NCBI RefSeq assembly: GCF_009914755.1
Contig: NC_060936.1
Source of the DNA: the human T2T-CHM13v2.0 reference genome, Homo sapiens
Reading direction: 5' to 3' (one strand)
DNA: 64,000 nucleotides
The notes under the pieces are model-generated. The model worked only from the letters and a program-made list of their open reading frames with translations. It had not been told where the DNA came from and did not search any database. Positions 1-14,905 of this stretch are shown in pieces. The stretch's first letter is position 1; each line of letters starts with the position of its first letter. A program made the translations under genes and the position numbers.

Positions 1-1384
1 GTGCATGACCCAAAGCTACAGCAGATTCCAGAAATGCAATGTTGACCCTGCAGGAAAGTAGCTGAGCAAGTGCAGCCTTAGCCAGAATTTCCCTCACCAT
101 AAAGAGGGGACAGATGCCACCAGGTCTGCCTCAGCCCATTTTCTTGAATTTCTTCTTCAAGATGCCAATGGATGTGGCATCTGAAAGTCTGATTCAGGTT
201 TATGGCACTCATACCCTGGAAAAAAAGCTCTGTACAAGTTTTAGCTCAGCTTTGAACATGTGAACAGGAAGTCTATCCTAGTATTGCCCCTTCTATATGG
301 GAAAACCTGGCTGCACAGCTAACTAAGGTGTGCACAGAAACATCAGCCTCGCTGGTTGCAGTTCTCAGTCTTTCACCCAATCCAAAAGGTAGAGAAGGAA
401 GATGCTCTTCTCTGTGTCTTCAGGGGGTTCACGGTGGTATCCTTCGAAGCTGAAGGGCAGAAATCCAAGAATATGACCACACAGAGGAATCACTGTGTTC
501 ACCTCCGTTTTTCCTATGGGTACCTCGAGAAGACTGCTGGGCATTCCCAGGCCACAGGTTGGCTCAGTAGCTTAGCCAGGAACAATCTGTGAGGCCTGAC
601 TTTTAGCTCTGTGTCCTGCTCACTATACAACTCAAGCTCTGTGGAGTAGCGTGTCTGCAGAAACAAAGAAAAGCTTTTTAGAGTAATCGCAACTTTTCCC
701 ACAAGCCGTGTTTTCATAGGAGCTTTTTGCTTTTTTTCCCAGCAGCAAGGTAAAGCAAGCAATTGAACTAACTTGTTCTCAGATCAATGAGTCCATTGTG
801 TGCTTCAGGGAGCAAAAGGGTGTTTTGTTGTTGTTGCTTTTTTTCTCTCTTTCGATGTTGGTTTGGAGCAGAAATTAAACTTGGCCATGGGCTAAGAGGG
901 AAAAGAACTGGATAGACAACTCTTTCTTTCTTTGGTTGGGATTCAGATTTCTGTAAAAATCCATAGGTTTATAAGTGAAATTGTTACTAAATATGTACCT
1001 ACTGATACACATGTCCTCTTTCAAACACCCCTTCACCCTGCTCCTTTCCTCCTCACAGTAGCGCCAGCTACACTCCAGAACACTAGGACAACTTTAATAA
1101 GGGGCTAAACTATTTGTGCCTGACATTGCTTGATTATCTTGCCAGGAAAACAGATGCAAGGTCCTGAGGTACTATCTCAAATACTGGCAAAGAAAGGGAG
1201 ATTGAAAAGTTCATGCTTACCATGAACAAAATTTCAGATCAAAATTCTACAATGTCCTAATCTACTTACAAATTGGGGAAAGGAGTGGCACTATTTTTTC
1301 CCTGTTTCTCCTCTGCTCACAGGTGATTTCAACAGAGTCTGTTCTCAGTTCTGGACTAGTTTAACTGTAACTGGAGCCAAAACA

Positions 1385-3025
1385 GCTCAATAGGAAAGAA
1401 CTGTTTTTTTCAGCAAATGATGCTGGAACAACTGGATAGCCACATGCAAGAGAATGGAGTTGGGTCCCTGTGTCAGTCAGCTTGGGCTGCCATCACAAAA
1501 TACCATAGACTCTGGGGCTTAAAGCATAGACTTTATTGTCTAACAGTTCTGGAGGCTGGAAGTCCAAAATCAGGGGGCCAGCATTGTAGGGTTCCTGGCT
1601 TGCAGATGGCCGCCTTCTCACTATGTGCGCACATGGCAGAGAGGGAGGGAGAGAGAGAGGCAGAGAGAGAAAGATCTTCCCCTTCATACAAAGCCACAGT
1701 CCTATCTGAATAGGCTCCACCCTTGGGAGCTCATCTAGCCATAATTACCTCCTAAAGACCCTATCTCCTGATACAGTCACACTGGGAGTTGTTAGGACTT
1801 CAACATGTGAATTTGGGGGAGATACAATTAAGTCCATAGCAGTCCCATCCTCACACTACACACAAAAACTAAGTCAAAATAGATCAGAGACCTAACTGTG
1901 AGAGCAAAAACTGTAACACTTTTCAGAAGAAAATATAGGAGTAAATCTTCACCACCTTGGGTTAGAAAAGGCCTTCTTAGAAAAGATACCAAAAATACAA
2001 ATGAGAAAAGGAAAAAAGATAGATAAATCAGACTTCTAATTAAAAACTATTGTGCTTTAATGGACACCATCAAGAAAGTGAAAAGACACCTCGTACAATG
2101 AGAAAGAATATTTGCAAATCATATACCCGATAAGGGACTTGTATCTGGAATATACAAAGAACTCCTACAACTCAATAATAGAGACAAAGAATTAAAACAT
2201 AGGCAAAGAATCTGAATAGACCTTTCTCCAAAAAACATAAAAATGGCCAGTAAACACGTGAAGAGGTGTTCATCATTATTAACTATCAGAAAAATGTAAC
2301 TCAAAACCACAATGAGATATCACTTCATACCCACTAGACAACTATAATCAGAAAGAAAGATAATAACAAATGTTGGTAAAAATGTGGAGAAATTCAAATC
2401 TTCAATATGCCGCTGGCGGAATATGAAATAGTACAGCCACTTTGGAAAACAGTCTGGCAATTTCTTAAAAGGTTAAACCTAAAGTTATCATATGAACCAG
2501 CAATTCTATTCCTGGGTATATACTCAGGAGAAATGAAAACATATATCCACACAAAAACTTCTATACAATGTTTATAGCAGCATTATTCATAACAGCCAAA
2601 GACCAAAAGCAATCCAAATGTCTGTCAACTGATGAATAGACAAAATGGTAAATCTATACAGTAGAATATGATTTGGCCATAAAAAGGAATGAAATACTGA
2701 TACAAGCTACAACAAAGATGAACCTAGAAAACACTTTGCTAAGTCAAAGACGCCAGTCACAAAAGCTGCATATTGTATGACTCAATTTCTATGATATCAG
2801 AGTAGGCAAATTATAGAGACAAGAAAGTAGATTAGCGAGTTGGCTTGCGTAGGGTGGGGTGGGAAGAAACAGGGAGTCACTGCTAATGGGTGCAGGATGT
2901 CTTCGGGGGGTGATGAAAATGTCCTAAAAATGATTGCCATGACGGCTATATGGCTCTGGGAAAATACTAAAAACAATTGCGTTGTACATTTTAAGTGGGT
3001 AATTGTATGGTATGTGAATTACAAC
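1385..3025 (+). mobile_element. L1 (L1MB-like) ORF2 3' end and 3'UTR, split by an MLT1 LTR
   Basis: caaatgatgctggaacaactggatagccacatgc; accacaatgagatatcacttcatacccactag; ccagcaattctattcctgggtatatac; L1MB-type 3'UTR ggtgatgaaaatgtcctaaaa. Confidence 0.9.
1469..1841 (-). mobile_element. MaLR solo LTR (MLT1A/B-like) nested in L1
   Basis: gggctgccatcacaaaataccatagact...acagttctggaggctggaagtcc; TG..CA ends; 5-bp TSD GTCCC at 1464-1468 and 1842-1846. Confidence 0.88.
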
Positions 3026-3769
3026 TCATCAATGTTGATAGATGTGTGTATGCATATATGCACAACTGAAAAAATAACATTCCCCGAGATTTGAAACAGA
3101 AGCAAAATTAAGAGAAAACGTTGGGAGTTAGACCCAACATTTGGGCTTTCATTCACTTGGGAGAAAGCGTCGAAGTGTCTGAAAGCTAGAAAAATGGAAT
3201 TAAGGGAAAATATACTCAGGAAAACCAAGCTGGAGTGTAGATTGTGTTAAGCTGAACAAAATAATAAGGCACTATCTTGTTTAAAGAGGACAGAGCACTA
3301 GCATATGACTTTGACCATGCTTAGAATGCTTCCTGATAGGAAGGAAAAGGAACCCACACAGACCAGCCACATCTCCTTCCCTGGAAGTGACCCCATCTGT
3401 GATACGTGAATAACACAACTCTTCCCCCAATTATAAAAATAACATATTTAAGATAGTATAAAAATGCAGAGAATGGTGCGGGCAGGAATCATTTAATCTT
3501 GCCATGCAAAGATAAGTACTAATATTTGTCAGAGGTCCCTCCTCAGCACATTGTTCCATATATTCAAGCTCATGCAATACATACACTTTTGTATCTATAT
3601 TTTACACTTAAAATCAACATTTTTCATTATCATTTCAAACTCTCATAAATATTACTTTCAATCAGAAGAATAAACCATAATTTATTTAAGAATTTTCCTA
3701 AGCCAGGGCTTTTATCTTTTCAATCTTTCACTTTTTTTTAAATGTTGCAAAGCAAATTTTGAGCATAGA

Positions 3770-4072
3770 GGCCAGGCATGGTGACACATGCCTGTAATCT
3801 CTGCACTTTGGGAGGCTGGCAGATCGCTTGAGCTCATGCATTTGAGACCAGCCTGGGCAACACAGCGAGACCCTGTCTCTACTAAAAATAGAAAAAAATA
3901 GTCGGGCGTGGTGGTGCACACCTGTGGTCCCAGCTACTTGGGAGGCTAAGGTGAAAGGATCCCTTCAGCCTGGGAGGCAGAGGTTACAGTGAGCCAAGAT
4001 CATCCCACTGCACTCCAGCCTGTGTGACAGAGCAAGATTCTGTCTCGAAAAAAAAGAAAAAAGAAAAAAGAA
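3770..4072 (+). mobile_element. Alu (AluJ-like)
   Basis: Dimeric Alu with A tail; diverged TSD aaattttgagcataga / aaactttcgagcacaga. Confidence 0.93.
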
Positions 4073-4186
4073 ACTTTCGAGCACAGATTTGTCTTATCAG
4101 ATTCAATTATTTCTTAACATATAAATAATTTTATACTAAAAGGTGTGAAACTAGTGGTCTTCATAGTGCTAATCAAAAATGTTTTA

Positions 4187-4250
4187 TTAAGTTGGTGCAA
4201 AAGTTATTACGGTTTTTGCCAGTATGGCAATTACTTTTGCACCAACCTAA
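4187..4250. mobile_element. MADE1 (Hsmar1-derived MITE), internally shortened
   Basis: ttaagttggtgcaaaagt...acttttgcaccaacctaa terminal inverted repeats flanked by TA dinucleotides. Confidence 0.9.
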
Positions 4251-4493
4251 TACTAACTTATACATTAACAGCAGTAGGTGATACGCCCATTCACTATCAA
4301 ACATGAGGACTCCTGTTCCCCTTCCAGAAGGAATCCTAAGGAAAGAATTCTCACTGCAGCATGATTTAAGATAGCAAAAATTGAAGGAAAAATAAATAGC
4401 CATCAATATTGGAAAAGTAAAATAGATCCTGGTGAGTTATTTTTCAGTGATTAAAGATAAGTGGTTTCAAAGAATATGAAAAAAAAGATTTTC

Positions 4494-4700
4494 AGCCTAA
4501 GCAATGTAGTGAGACCTCATCTCTACTAAAAATAAAAATTAAAAATTGTCCAGGTGTGATGGTGCACACCTGTAGTCCCAGCTACTTCGGAGGCTACTGG
4601 GAGGATCGCTTGAGCTTGGGAGGTCGAGGCTGCAGTGAGCTACAATCGAGCCGCAGCACTCCAGCCTGGGTGACACAAGCTGAAAAGAAAAAAAAAAATT
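4494..4700 (+). mobile_element. 5'-truncated Alu (AluJ-like)
   Basis: End of left arm, A-rich linker, right arm and A tail. Confidence 0.88.
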
Positions 4701-4785
4701 CACAAATTCTCAAAAGAAATGGCTTGTATGTCAAACACCAAATTCTTTGTGAGCTCGGGTAATATAAAAACACACCAGCAGTGTA

Positions 4786-5144
<359 letters not shown>

Positions 5145-5326
5145 TTACTTATTTGCACTTTTCTCTATATTCCAATCTGCCTATACTGACAACTTACTAC
5201 TTTCATAGTTTTTAAAAATCTTTGATTTTATAAATTAGCCCATAAGTAAATTTGCTTTCAGAGACTATCCTGCATAGAAAAGGTGGAAGGTGGAAATCCA
5301 CAGGTGCAATTGAAACATGGTCAGGG

Positions 5327-5585
5327 GGCCAGGCGCAGTGTCTCAAGCCTGTAATCCAAGCACTTTGGGAGGCCAAGGTGGGCGGATCACCTGGGGTCAG
5401 GAGTTCAAGACCAGCCTGGCCAACATGGCGAAACCCGTCTATACTAAAAATACAAAAATTAGCCAGGTGTGATGGTGCGTGCCTGTAATCCCAGCTACTT
5501 GGAAGGTTGAGGCAGGAGAATCACTTGAACCCATGAAACAAAGATTGCAGTGAGCCAGTGGGCGACAGAGCAAGGCTCCATCAGA
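5327..5585 (+). mobile_element. AluS with right-arm deletion
   Basis: Alu consensus match; right arm jumps gtgagccag to tgggcgacagag. Confidence 0.9.
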
Positions 5586-5598
5586 AAGAAAGAAAGGA

Positions 5599-5663
<65 letters not shown>

Positions 5664-5735
5664 AGAGAGAGGGGGGGGAGGGAGGGAGAGAGAGAGGAAG
5701 GAAGGAAGGAAGGAAGAAAGAAGGCAAGAAAGGCA
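5583..5735 (+). repeat. Compound purine microsatellite (AAAG)n(AG)n(GGAA)n grown from Alu tail
   Basis: Direct reading; almost entirely A/G on the + strand. Confidence 0.95.
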
Positions 5736-6639
5736 GGCAGTGGGGGATCCGGAGTCTTGCAGCTCTGGCTTCTAGCTCCATCCATGCTGCCTTCTGGGTG
5801 TGCTTTGTGTCAAGGCCTTGACTGGACCTCATTCCTCATTGTTACAGGGAAATGGCAGGCTACCTGTATGCACTAATGATCCTGAGCCCATGTTCCTCAA
5901 GAGTGCCATCCCAGGGCTGGGCTGCAGCCGTCTAATGTGCATTAACAGTTGATGCACATGAGGCAAGCATCCAAGAAAGGATTCTACATTTCCTGCCAAG
6001 CATGGGAGAAGGTGAACCTGGATAATGCTTGCACTTGGGAAGCTAAACACAATTTCAGCTTCAAGGAAACCCCCAGATTGCAAAATTCTTGGACAGAAAG
6101 CAAAATATATCTAATATTTCTGCCACCATCTCTGTGAGTTTTCTGCCACCATTCTCCACCATGACCTCTGATCTGTCTAGCAGCCTGCTGGATTTCACAC
6201 GAGCAAAGCTAAAATGGGAGGAAAGAGGGCATATGAAAAAAAAATTAGATTGACAGAAAACCCAGAGTCAATAGGACAGTCTAGACTCCCCAGCTTGTAA
6301 ACTATTCATAATGACTCACTCAATAGTCAGGCATTGACAACAAGCTGAATGACTGTGGACCTAGAGCTACAATATTGGCAATGTTATCTTTAATTTGAAG
6401 AGCTCAAATAATTCTGGGAGGCATTAATCAGGTAAAGAAACACTTGCCCTGGATCAAAAATTAGTGTCAGTTGGTTACCAAGGATGGGAATATGGTTAAC
6501 CATATTCTTTTATTTCCCAGGTTATTGTCATAACATCTCTGTATAATTTTATATACCCATATGCACAAGTGGCCAGAAATCCCTTTCTAGCCAGCAGGGA
6601 CCCACAAGGTTCTGTTTAGCAGATTTATCCCAATAATCT

Positions 6640-7370
<731 letters not shown>

Positions 7371-8635
7371 TTAAGTGCTGTGATGAATTGAGAATAGCAA
7401 TTCTATTATCCACTGTGATGGTTAAATCTCCACTGGTTAAATCTTGACCAGTTCCTCTTCTGACTACTTCTGATTTTCTCCTTTGGCTTCCCAGACCACA
7501 TGCACAACCCCTGCAGGTGAGCCAGAATGCCAAGAAGTCAGCATTATAAGGCTAAATAGAGAAAGAACAAGTTTTCTTTTTGGAAAGTTCCTCCCAACCT
7601 GCGATGTGTCAAGACATCACCATTAATTGGAAGGGGACACGATTATGCAAAATAACTGAGTATAAAGAACTTAGAGACAAAAGGGGAGTGAGGGGAGGAA
7701 GGAGATGTAGCAGTTTGAACTATACGAGGTTTAAATTAATTTCAACCAAAACATAACAAGCAAAGGATGTTCTCCTGATTATCTTATGTTTACTATTATA
7801 TTTCAAAGGCAATACATGCTTATTGTGTGTGGGGGGAATCAATCTAGTGAGTAGAAAACACAACCATCTAAAACCCCATCACCCCTAATTAGCTGCCATT
7901 CAAATCCTTTATACATGGACTACTTTGGGCATTGGAAATCAAGGTGCTGCTACCTAAACAGTGTCGTGAAAATTTTAAGGCTCTGAGAAAATGTTAAGGC
8001 CATTTGAACACCAGAAATTCTTGTTCTCATCTCTCAACTACAAATGCCTAGGTGAGTTCTCGCTTACAGATTTTTTTCAAATTTACAGTATATGCAATTT
8101 ATTTATTTATTTATTTTTGCAAAAATGGGGTCATCTATTACATACCACTTTTCACATTAGAACAATTTTCCTCATCAACAAAGATATGTCTATATCATCA
8201 TTTTAAATTCTGCCTTATATTTCATTTATAAATTACCATAAATTACTTAACCAACACCCCATTGATGGAAGTTTAGGTTATTTCCAGTTTTTCACAATTA
8301 CTTTCTGCATGCATAATAACTCACGTCACTTCATATACAAACTGAGGCATTTATTTTCATTTTCAGATCTAAGAAATCTAAGCAGTGCCTTATTGACAAT
8401 AAATAGAACCACCCTTGTGGTGTTAAAATGTGGGCAGCAAGAAAGGAAATAGTGTGGTTGGGTGGAGATTAGTCATTTTTGAAAGAGCACGTATGTACAT
8501 TTTGCACGTTGGTGACAATTCACTCAAAATTTTAAAGAACCCAGCTTAAGTTTTGAATCAGCCTGAAGCACTCCGAACTTCAGATGCTCATCTCAGCCTC
8601 TTAAGTCTGCCAACCAAGCTGGAGACAAAACAAGA

Positions 8636-8654
8636 TCTGGCTCCCTGGTGGCCG
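8636..8654 (-). promoter_or_regulatory. Candidate CTCF motif
   Basis: Reverse complement CGGCCACCAGGGAGCCAGA resembles the CTCF core CCACCAGGGGGC. Confidence 0.4.
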
Positions 8655-9279
8655 CCTGGGAATCCTGCCCTTGGCGTCATTTCTGGAAGGGCAAAAGAAC
8701 CCTACGGACTCTTGTATCACTAGGATAGAAATGCCACCCAGCTCCTCAGCCCATCTCCATCACCATGGCAGTGGGGAGGGGCCTAGGCATTATCAGAATG
8801 GGTCAGGACTAGCTCAGAGCCAGTGTCAGGCTGGCTGACTGTAAACTAAGCCAGGCTTTCAAGGGAAGGCTTTTGAAGGAAATAAGCCAACAAAACAGCA
8901 TCAGAAACTGAGGAACCATTCCTTCTCCAACTCTACCCCCCAAGAGATACCAAGGTCACACAGGATACAGCAGCTGTTGAAATTATTACTGCTATGGAAC
9001 AGAGCTTTTTTGGCACCGGAAGAAGTCATTCTCTTCTGTCAACCCTCTTTTCCTTTCCCTTGGATTTTCAATCCTCCCCATAGAAAATCAAGACCGTCCA
9101 GCAAAGAACATGCTTACCCAAAAGACCACAGTGCCATTCAGAAACAAGAAAGTCCAACTCTACCATACATATAACCTTCTATCCATCCTCTGACCTTCTG
9201 ACTTCATAATGTATCTTCCCAAGATAAATAGATGCATGGCATGTTAAAGCCTAGGAGGACCATGGAGATTGTGTCAATA

Positions 9280-9420
9280 TCTTTATCCTTCAGTGAATAG
9301 ATGGAGGCCTCAGAGAGGATGAGCAACCTGCCCATGGCCCCACAGAATTGGTGGCAGAGCCCAAGACTGTTGGCCCCCAACCACACTGTCCAGACTTCAA
9401 AAGCTGATCCTCTTGCCAAT
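9280..9420. mobile_element. MIR fragment
   Basis: gaggcctcagagaggatgagcaacctgcccatggccccacag...ggcagagcc. Confidence 0.65.
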
Positions 9421-10639
9421 GCCCCACACTAGTAACAGCCTTTTTGCCTGAATGTCTCTCAGTGATGTCATGAAGATAAATTACTGTCTAGCTGTATGGT
9501 TCTTCAGTCCTTGCTGTATGTTATTGTACCTGGCAGGCCCTCATGGAAACTAAGCTGGAAAGAAATGAAGGAGCTCAACTTGGTTAAAACCATTGACAGA
9601 ACACTCATCCCCCATCTTTTGCTCTCTAGACAACCTAGCAGGTAAATGTGAGGCGTTTGAGAGAGTTAAGCCTTCTGTATCAGTTAAGCTAAAAGAACAG
9701 TTTATTTCATACCCCTAAACTTCACAGGAATAGAACACAAGCTACCAGGCAGCAAGAACAAAGGAACAGACTAGATACATTTATTTTTCAGAAATTTTAA
9801 GCCATGGAAGAACAAAAAAAAATTCTTCAAAGAAAATTTAGGGGCAGGGGATTGAAATACATGCAAAACTTATTTTTAGTGCCCTTTACAGATATAAAGT
9901 CATGCTGTTCGTTTAGGAACAAAAAAATGCATTATGTATAACTTGTTTCACTCATAAAATTACCATGTTTTGTATATTGATATATTTAGACATTGGGAGA
10001 TCTGAAAAAAGCATTTTTATGATTTCTTTCCTGGTTATTTTCTCGGGCAAAAGGGAGGTTTTTTAAAAAAAAAAAGTCCTCAGTGGAAAAACTTTTCAGA
10101 ATTTTGAGAAAATTTACAGATTTTAGAGGATTTTTACTTTTCCCAAAATGACTAAGTCATCAGGTTCTCAAGTCATTGAACTCTAATGTGTTCAACCAGC
10201 GTCCTCTACTTATCAAGATAATAGCACAACCGGGTTTAGTAATGGTGACCTATTGTGGAACTTTCAAAAGTCCACTGTAGAAGTCCCACAAATTTGAAAT
10301 TCACTTTGCCCTCCAAGGTAAATCTTTTCTGTTCTTCCCACTGTAGCACTACTTAAAGTCCATTTCTAGAAATGAACTGGGAGAGGTCATAAGTCATTTA
10401 ATTTAGACCCTACATGAGCACAAATCCTGTCTATACGAGGTCTACAAATGGTCAACTATCCCTTGCTTCTCCACAGTCAATGGTCTAAGGCCTAATTGTC
10501 ATGCTTTACCATATACATTTATGAATGTGTGATGATCTGAGCCATTTCTGTCTTCCTCACTAGACTGCAGCTGCCATCAGGGCAAGAAGCAAACCTTCTC
10601 TGCTGACTATTTTGTCCTGAATGTCTACCAGCAATGGGA

Positions 10640-11100
10640 ACAGAGCAGTAAATCTATGCTCATATCTTCTGAGATAGCTCTTAATATTACAATTTCTCTC
10701 TGTGTATTGAACTTATATTACTTTCCCTATAACTTCTATGTACTGAGTGGATTCTGCCCTTCTTGTCCATCTAGATCTTTCACAAGACAGCCCTTCAAAT
10801 ACATGAAACATGTCATCCTCCACTCTTCTCTCCTCTAGGCTAAATATCCTGTTTCTTCAGCTTCTCCTCTAGGCTAAATATCCTCAGCTGTCCCACATGT
10901 GGTGTGATTTTTCAGTTCCTTCATTACCTTGGATGCCCTTCTCGGAAGACATCACTGCTCTGGTTCTATAAACCCACACGGCTAACATGGAAGGGGAGCA
11001 GTTTCTGGAATGGAAGGTTATTGACATATTAAGCGATCTCCCCCAAAAATGGTTCCAAAGTCTGGGACTAAACCAGAACCCTGTAATGCTCTTTGCCACA
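10640..11100 (-). mobile_element. L3/CR1 fragment
   Basis: cagcccttcaaatacatgaa...cttctctcctctaggctaaatatcc is antisense CR1 ORF2 3' (FSLEKRRL region). Confidence 0.65.
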
Positions 11101-11179
11101 AACTGATTGGTGACCAAGTCACCTTCTACAGTTACATAAGGCATTTAGAAAGACACAAGGAACAGATAGAGGAGTGACT

Positions 11180-11635
11180 GGTGACCAAGACTGCTAGTTG
11201 TCCGCTAAAATACATTCTCCCCTTCCTCTATGGCAATACAACCCCTAATTTTTAGCTGGACATGTAGCTGTCTACAGTAAAGGCAGTGTTTCCCAACCTG
11301 TCTTGTAGCTTAGTGTGGCCCTGTGAAAAAGTTTTTGTTAATGGAATGAGTTAGGAATGGAATGAGCAGACTTTGAGAACCTTCCCTAAGAGATGGCACA
11401 CCTGCACTCTTGGCACAGCTGCTCTATATTTCTTCCATTCTTTTCCCTCAAATGCCAGCATCTGAGACTATGAGCCCAAAGTCACACACAAATCAAGGAG
11501 TGTCTGTCTACAATACTTTTTTTTTTGGTCTGAAAAAGAAATAAACTGCTATCATGTTCAAACCATTGTTACCCTGGGTTTTTGTTGTTGTTTTTGTTGT
11601 TGTTGCTGTTGTCACAGCCAAAACTAATCCTGATA
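11180..11635 (+). mobile_element. MLT1J-like LTR
   Basis: cattctccccttcctctatggcaatacaacccc...gaaataaactgctatcatgttcaaaccattg...cagccaaaactaatcctga. Confidence 0.72.
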
Positions 11636-12339
11636 GTCTATTGCTATGTCTTCAACCTTATTCAAGTAGTTTTGTAACTGAAGCAGCACATGGTGTAATT
11701 AAACACGAACCTGCAAGCTGATAACTTTCCCAGTGTCGCCTACCCTGCCAAGGATGAGGGTGGCAAGCTTAGGGTCTGGCATCAGAGAGGGTGTCTGCAG
11801 CTCTAACTGAAAAGAGCTTCCAAGAGCTGACTCTCTTCCCAGTAAAAAAAAAAAAAAGAAAAAAATACGAAGAGAAAAGGGAGGTGATGCCACCATACAA
11901 GAGGAAGGCATAGGTATTATTTTGCAAAAGAGGATATACTATTTTTCTTCTCCCTTCATTACATTTTTGAGATTTAATGGCTAATTTCAAAATTGCTTAA
12001 TGGGTCAAAAGCACAGCCCTCAGATAGAGTAGGACAATCCATGGACCCTAGGGAACCTGCAGAGACGCTCACATGGAGGTGAGTGGCAGGAACACCAAAT
12101 GGCGGAGCACGCCTGAGGCCGGGGAAAGGCAAGTCTAGAAGACTCCACCTTCACAGGTAGGGGTGACAGGCTTCCCAAAGACTGGAATTTCAGCTCCCAT
12201 GTGCCATTTCCTGATTTAATGTCAGTCATTTGCCAGTTCTTGTTAAAATCAAACTTCTATTACAAAAAACTTAGAAATGGTCAAAGTACTAAGAAGAGGC
12301 AGGTTGTAGTAGCTCCGTATTTTCAAATATTCCCAGGCA

Positions 12340-13110
<771 letters not shown>

Positions 13111-13176
13111 ACACACCTTGAAACCTCTGGAAAAAATGCATTTTCCATACATATCACTTAATCAAGTAATTTTGTG

Positions 13177-13630
13177 CCGTATTTCATCATATTCAAGACA
13201 CTATCAATTATAAGATGCACCATTATTTTAGGACCACTACATATAACTAATGTATTAAGGATAGTAATGTGCAACACATGAATGACTCACACTGTCCTCT
13301 CGTTACCTAGAAATCTGAGATTTGCTTATTTCTCCTGCCTTAGGTTGCAGCGTTTCAAATGCAACAGTGCAGTGTCATAATGTAATCTTTCTGAAGACAT
13401 TTCTGATCCCACTTAAATTCAACATTTGTACTTCTGACAATGAGCATAACCCAAGTGAAGTGCAGACATTGTGCCAATCTTTGAAGAAGCTCACACATAA
13501 GTAAACAATGACTACGTCTGACTGCTGCCTGGCCCACAATGTTTGTGAGACACCGCTGCTGGTAAGAGACTTCCCAATTTCAGAGGTTAATATGAGCCCA
13601 AAATGTGCACTTTAGGATCATCACAATATG
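13177..13630. mobile_element. TcMar-Tc2 DNA transposon relic (MER104/Kanga-like)
   Basis: ccgtatttcatc...aagatgcac terminus and cccaatttcagaggttaa...tgtgcacttt opposite end. Confidence 0.55.
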
Positions 13631-13865
13631 AACAAAAAATTTTCCTCCCGATCAGTACTATCTATGACTCTTCTGTTACTTGTGTATTTCTAAATGTCTT
13701 ATGTATCTATAGAAAGGACCCCACATTTGCATTTTCCTTTCTCTTCTCATCATTATGTCTATTCAGAGTTCTCTCCTTCAGTGGTGATACTAGATTTTTT
13801 TAATTGACAGATAAAGTTGTATGTTATTTATCATGTACATGATAGTCTGATGTACATGTATTTCA

Positions 13866-14170
13866 AGCTAAGCATGGTGGCTTATGCCTATAATCCCAGC
13901 ACTTTGAGAGGCTGAGACAGGAATTTGCTTGAGGCCAGGAGTTTGAGACCAGCCTTGGCAACATAGTGAGAACTCATCTCTACAAAAAATTTTGAAAATT
14001 AGCTGAGCATGGTGGCATGCACCTGTAGTCCCAGCTACTCAGGAGGCTGAGGTGGGAGGATTGCTTGAGCCCAGGAGATCAAGGCTGCAGTGAGCCATGA
14101 TAGCACCACTGCATACTCCAGCCTGGGCAACAGAGTGAGACCCCCCTCCCTAAAAAAAAAAAAAAAAAAA
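13866..14170 (+). mobile_element. AluJ
   Basis: ggaggattgcttgagcccagg J-type diagnostics, A tail. Confidence 0.92.
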
Positions 14171-14239
14171 GCATCTCCTCATATTCCTTACATAGTCATT
14201 ACTTTTGTGGTGAGAACACCTAACATCTACTCTCTTAGC

Positions 14240-14905
14240 ATCAGAGGTGATATTTTAAAATAAGGAATGAAGTGTGTGTAGAAGATAGTCAGGAGGGATA
14301 TCCCCAAAATACAAATATTACCTGTGGGTGGTTATCTATGAGTGGTAGGATAACGGGTGATTTTTATTTTCTTCTCTTGGTTTATTATATTTTATAATTT
14401 TCCATAAAAACTATTATTACTTGGGTAATTTCTAAACATTTAAAAGAAATAAGCCTAATGCAAAATGTTTTAAAATATCATTTGAAAAAAGGGTAAACAA
14501 AATCAAAATACAAATGATAGCTGGGATAAATACATACAACACAAAATAACCAATATCCAACTCAATACAATAGAACAGGCAACTCACTCAAGAAGGAATA
14601 CACAGGGCCAATAAATGTATGAAAAGTTGCTCATCTGAATTAAAGCAACAAAGAGATGCCATTTTTTTTTCACTCCTCAGGTTGGCAAGAAAACATTGTT
14701 TAAATTAAAAACCTATAGCATTCTGTGCTAGCAAGCATGAGAAGAAGCAACCACTCTCACACACTGCTAATGGAATGGGAATCGCTACATCCTTTTTTGG
14801 AAATCTGGATGGTAACAGCTACTAAAAATTGAAAAACACATAGCCTTTAACCCAGCAACCCCACCTCTAGGACTCTATGCTATGGAAATGAAAGTGCTAT
14901 ATATT
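14240..14905 (+). mobile_element. L1ME-type 3' fragments (continue ~16935-17640)
   Basis: gaagcaaccactctcacacactgctaatgg...ctttaacccagcaaccccacctctagg. Confidence 0.7.

Noticed and set aside
725-755. 7-nt micro-exon-like cccag|CAGCAAG|gtaaag
   Set aside because: Weak donor and no supporting context
5495-5876. K/E/R-rich and F/L/S-rich ORFs
   Set aside because: Translations of the (AAAG)n/(GGAA)n tract
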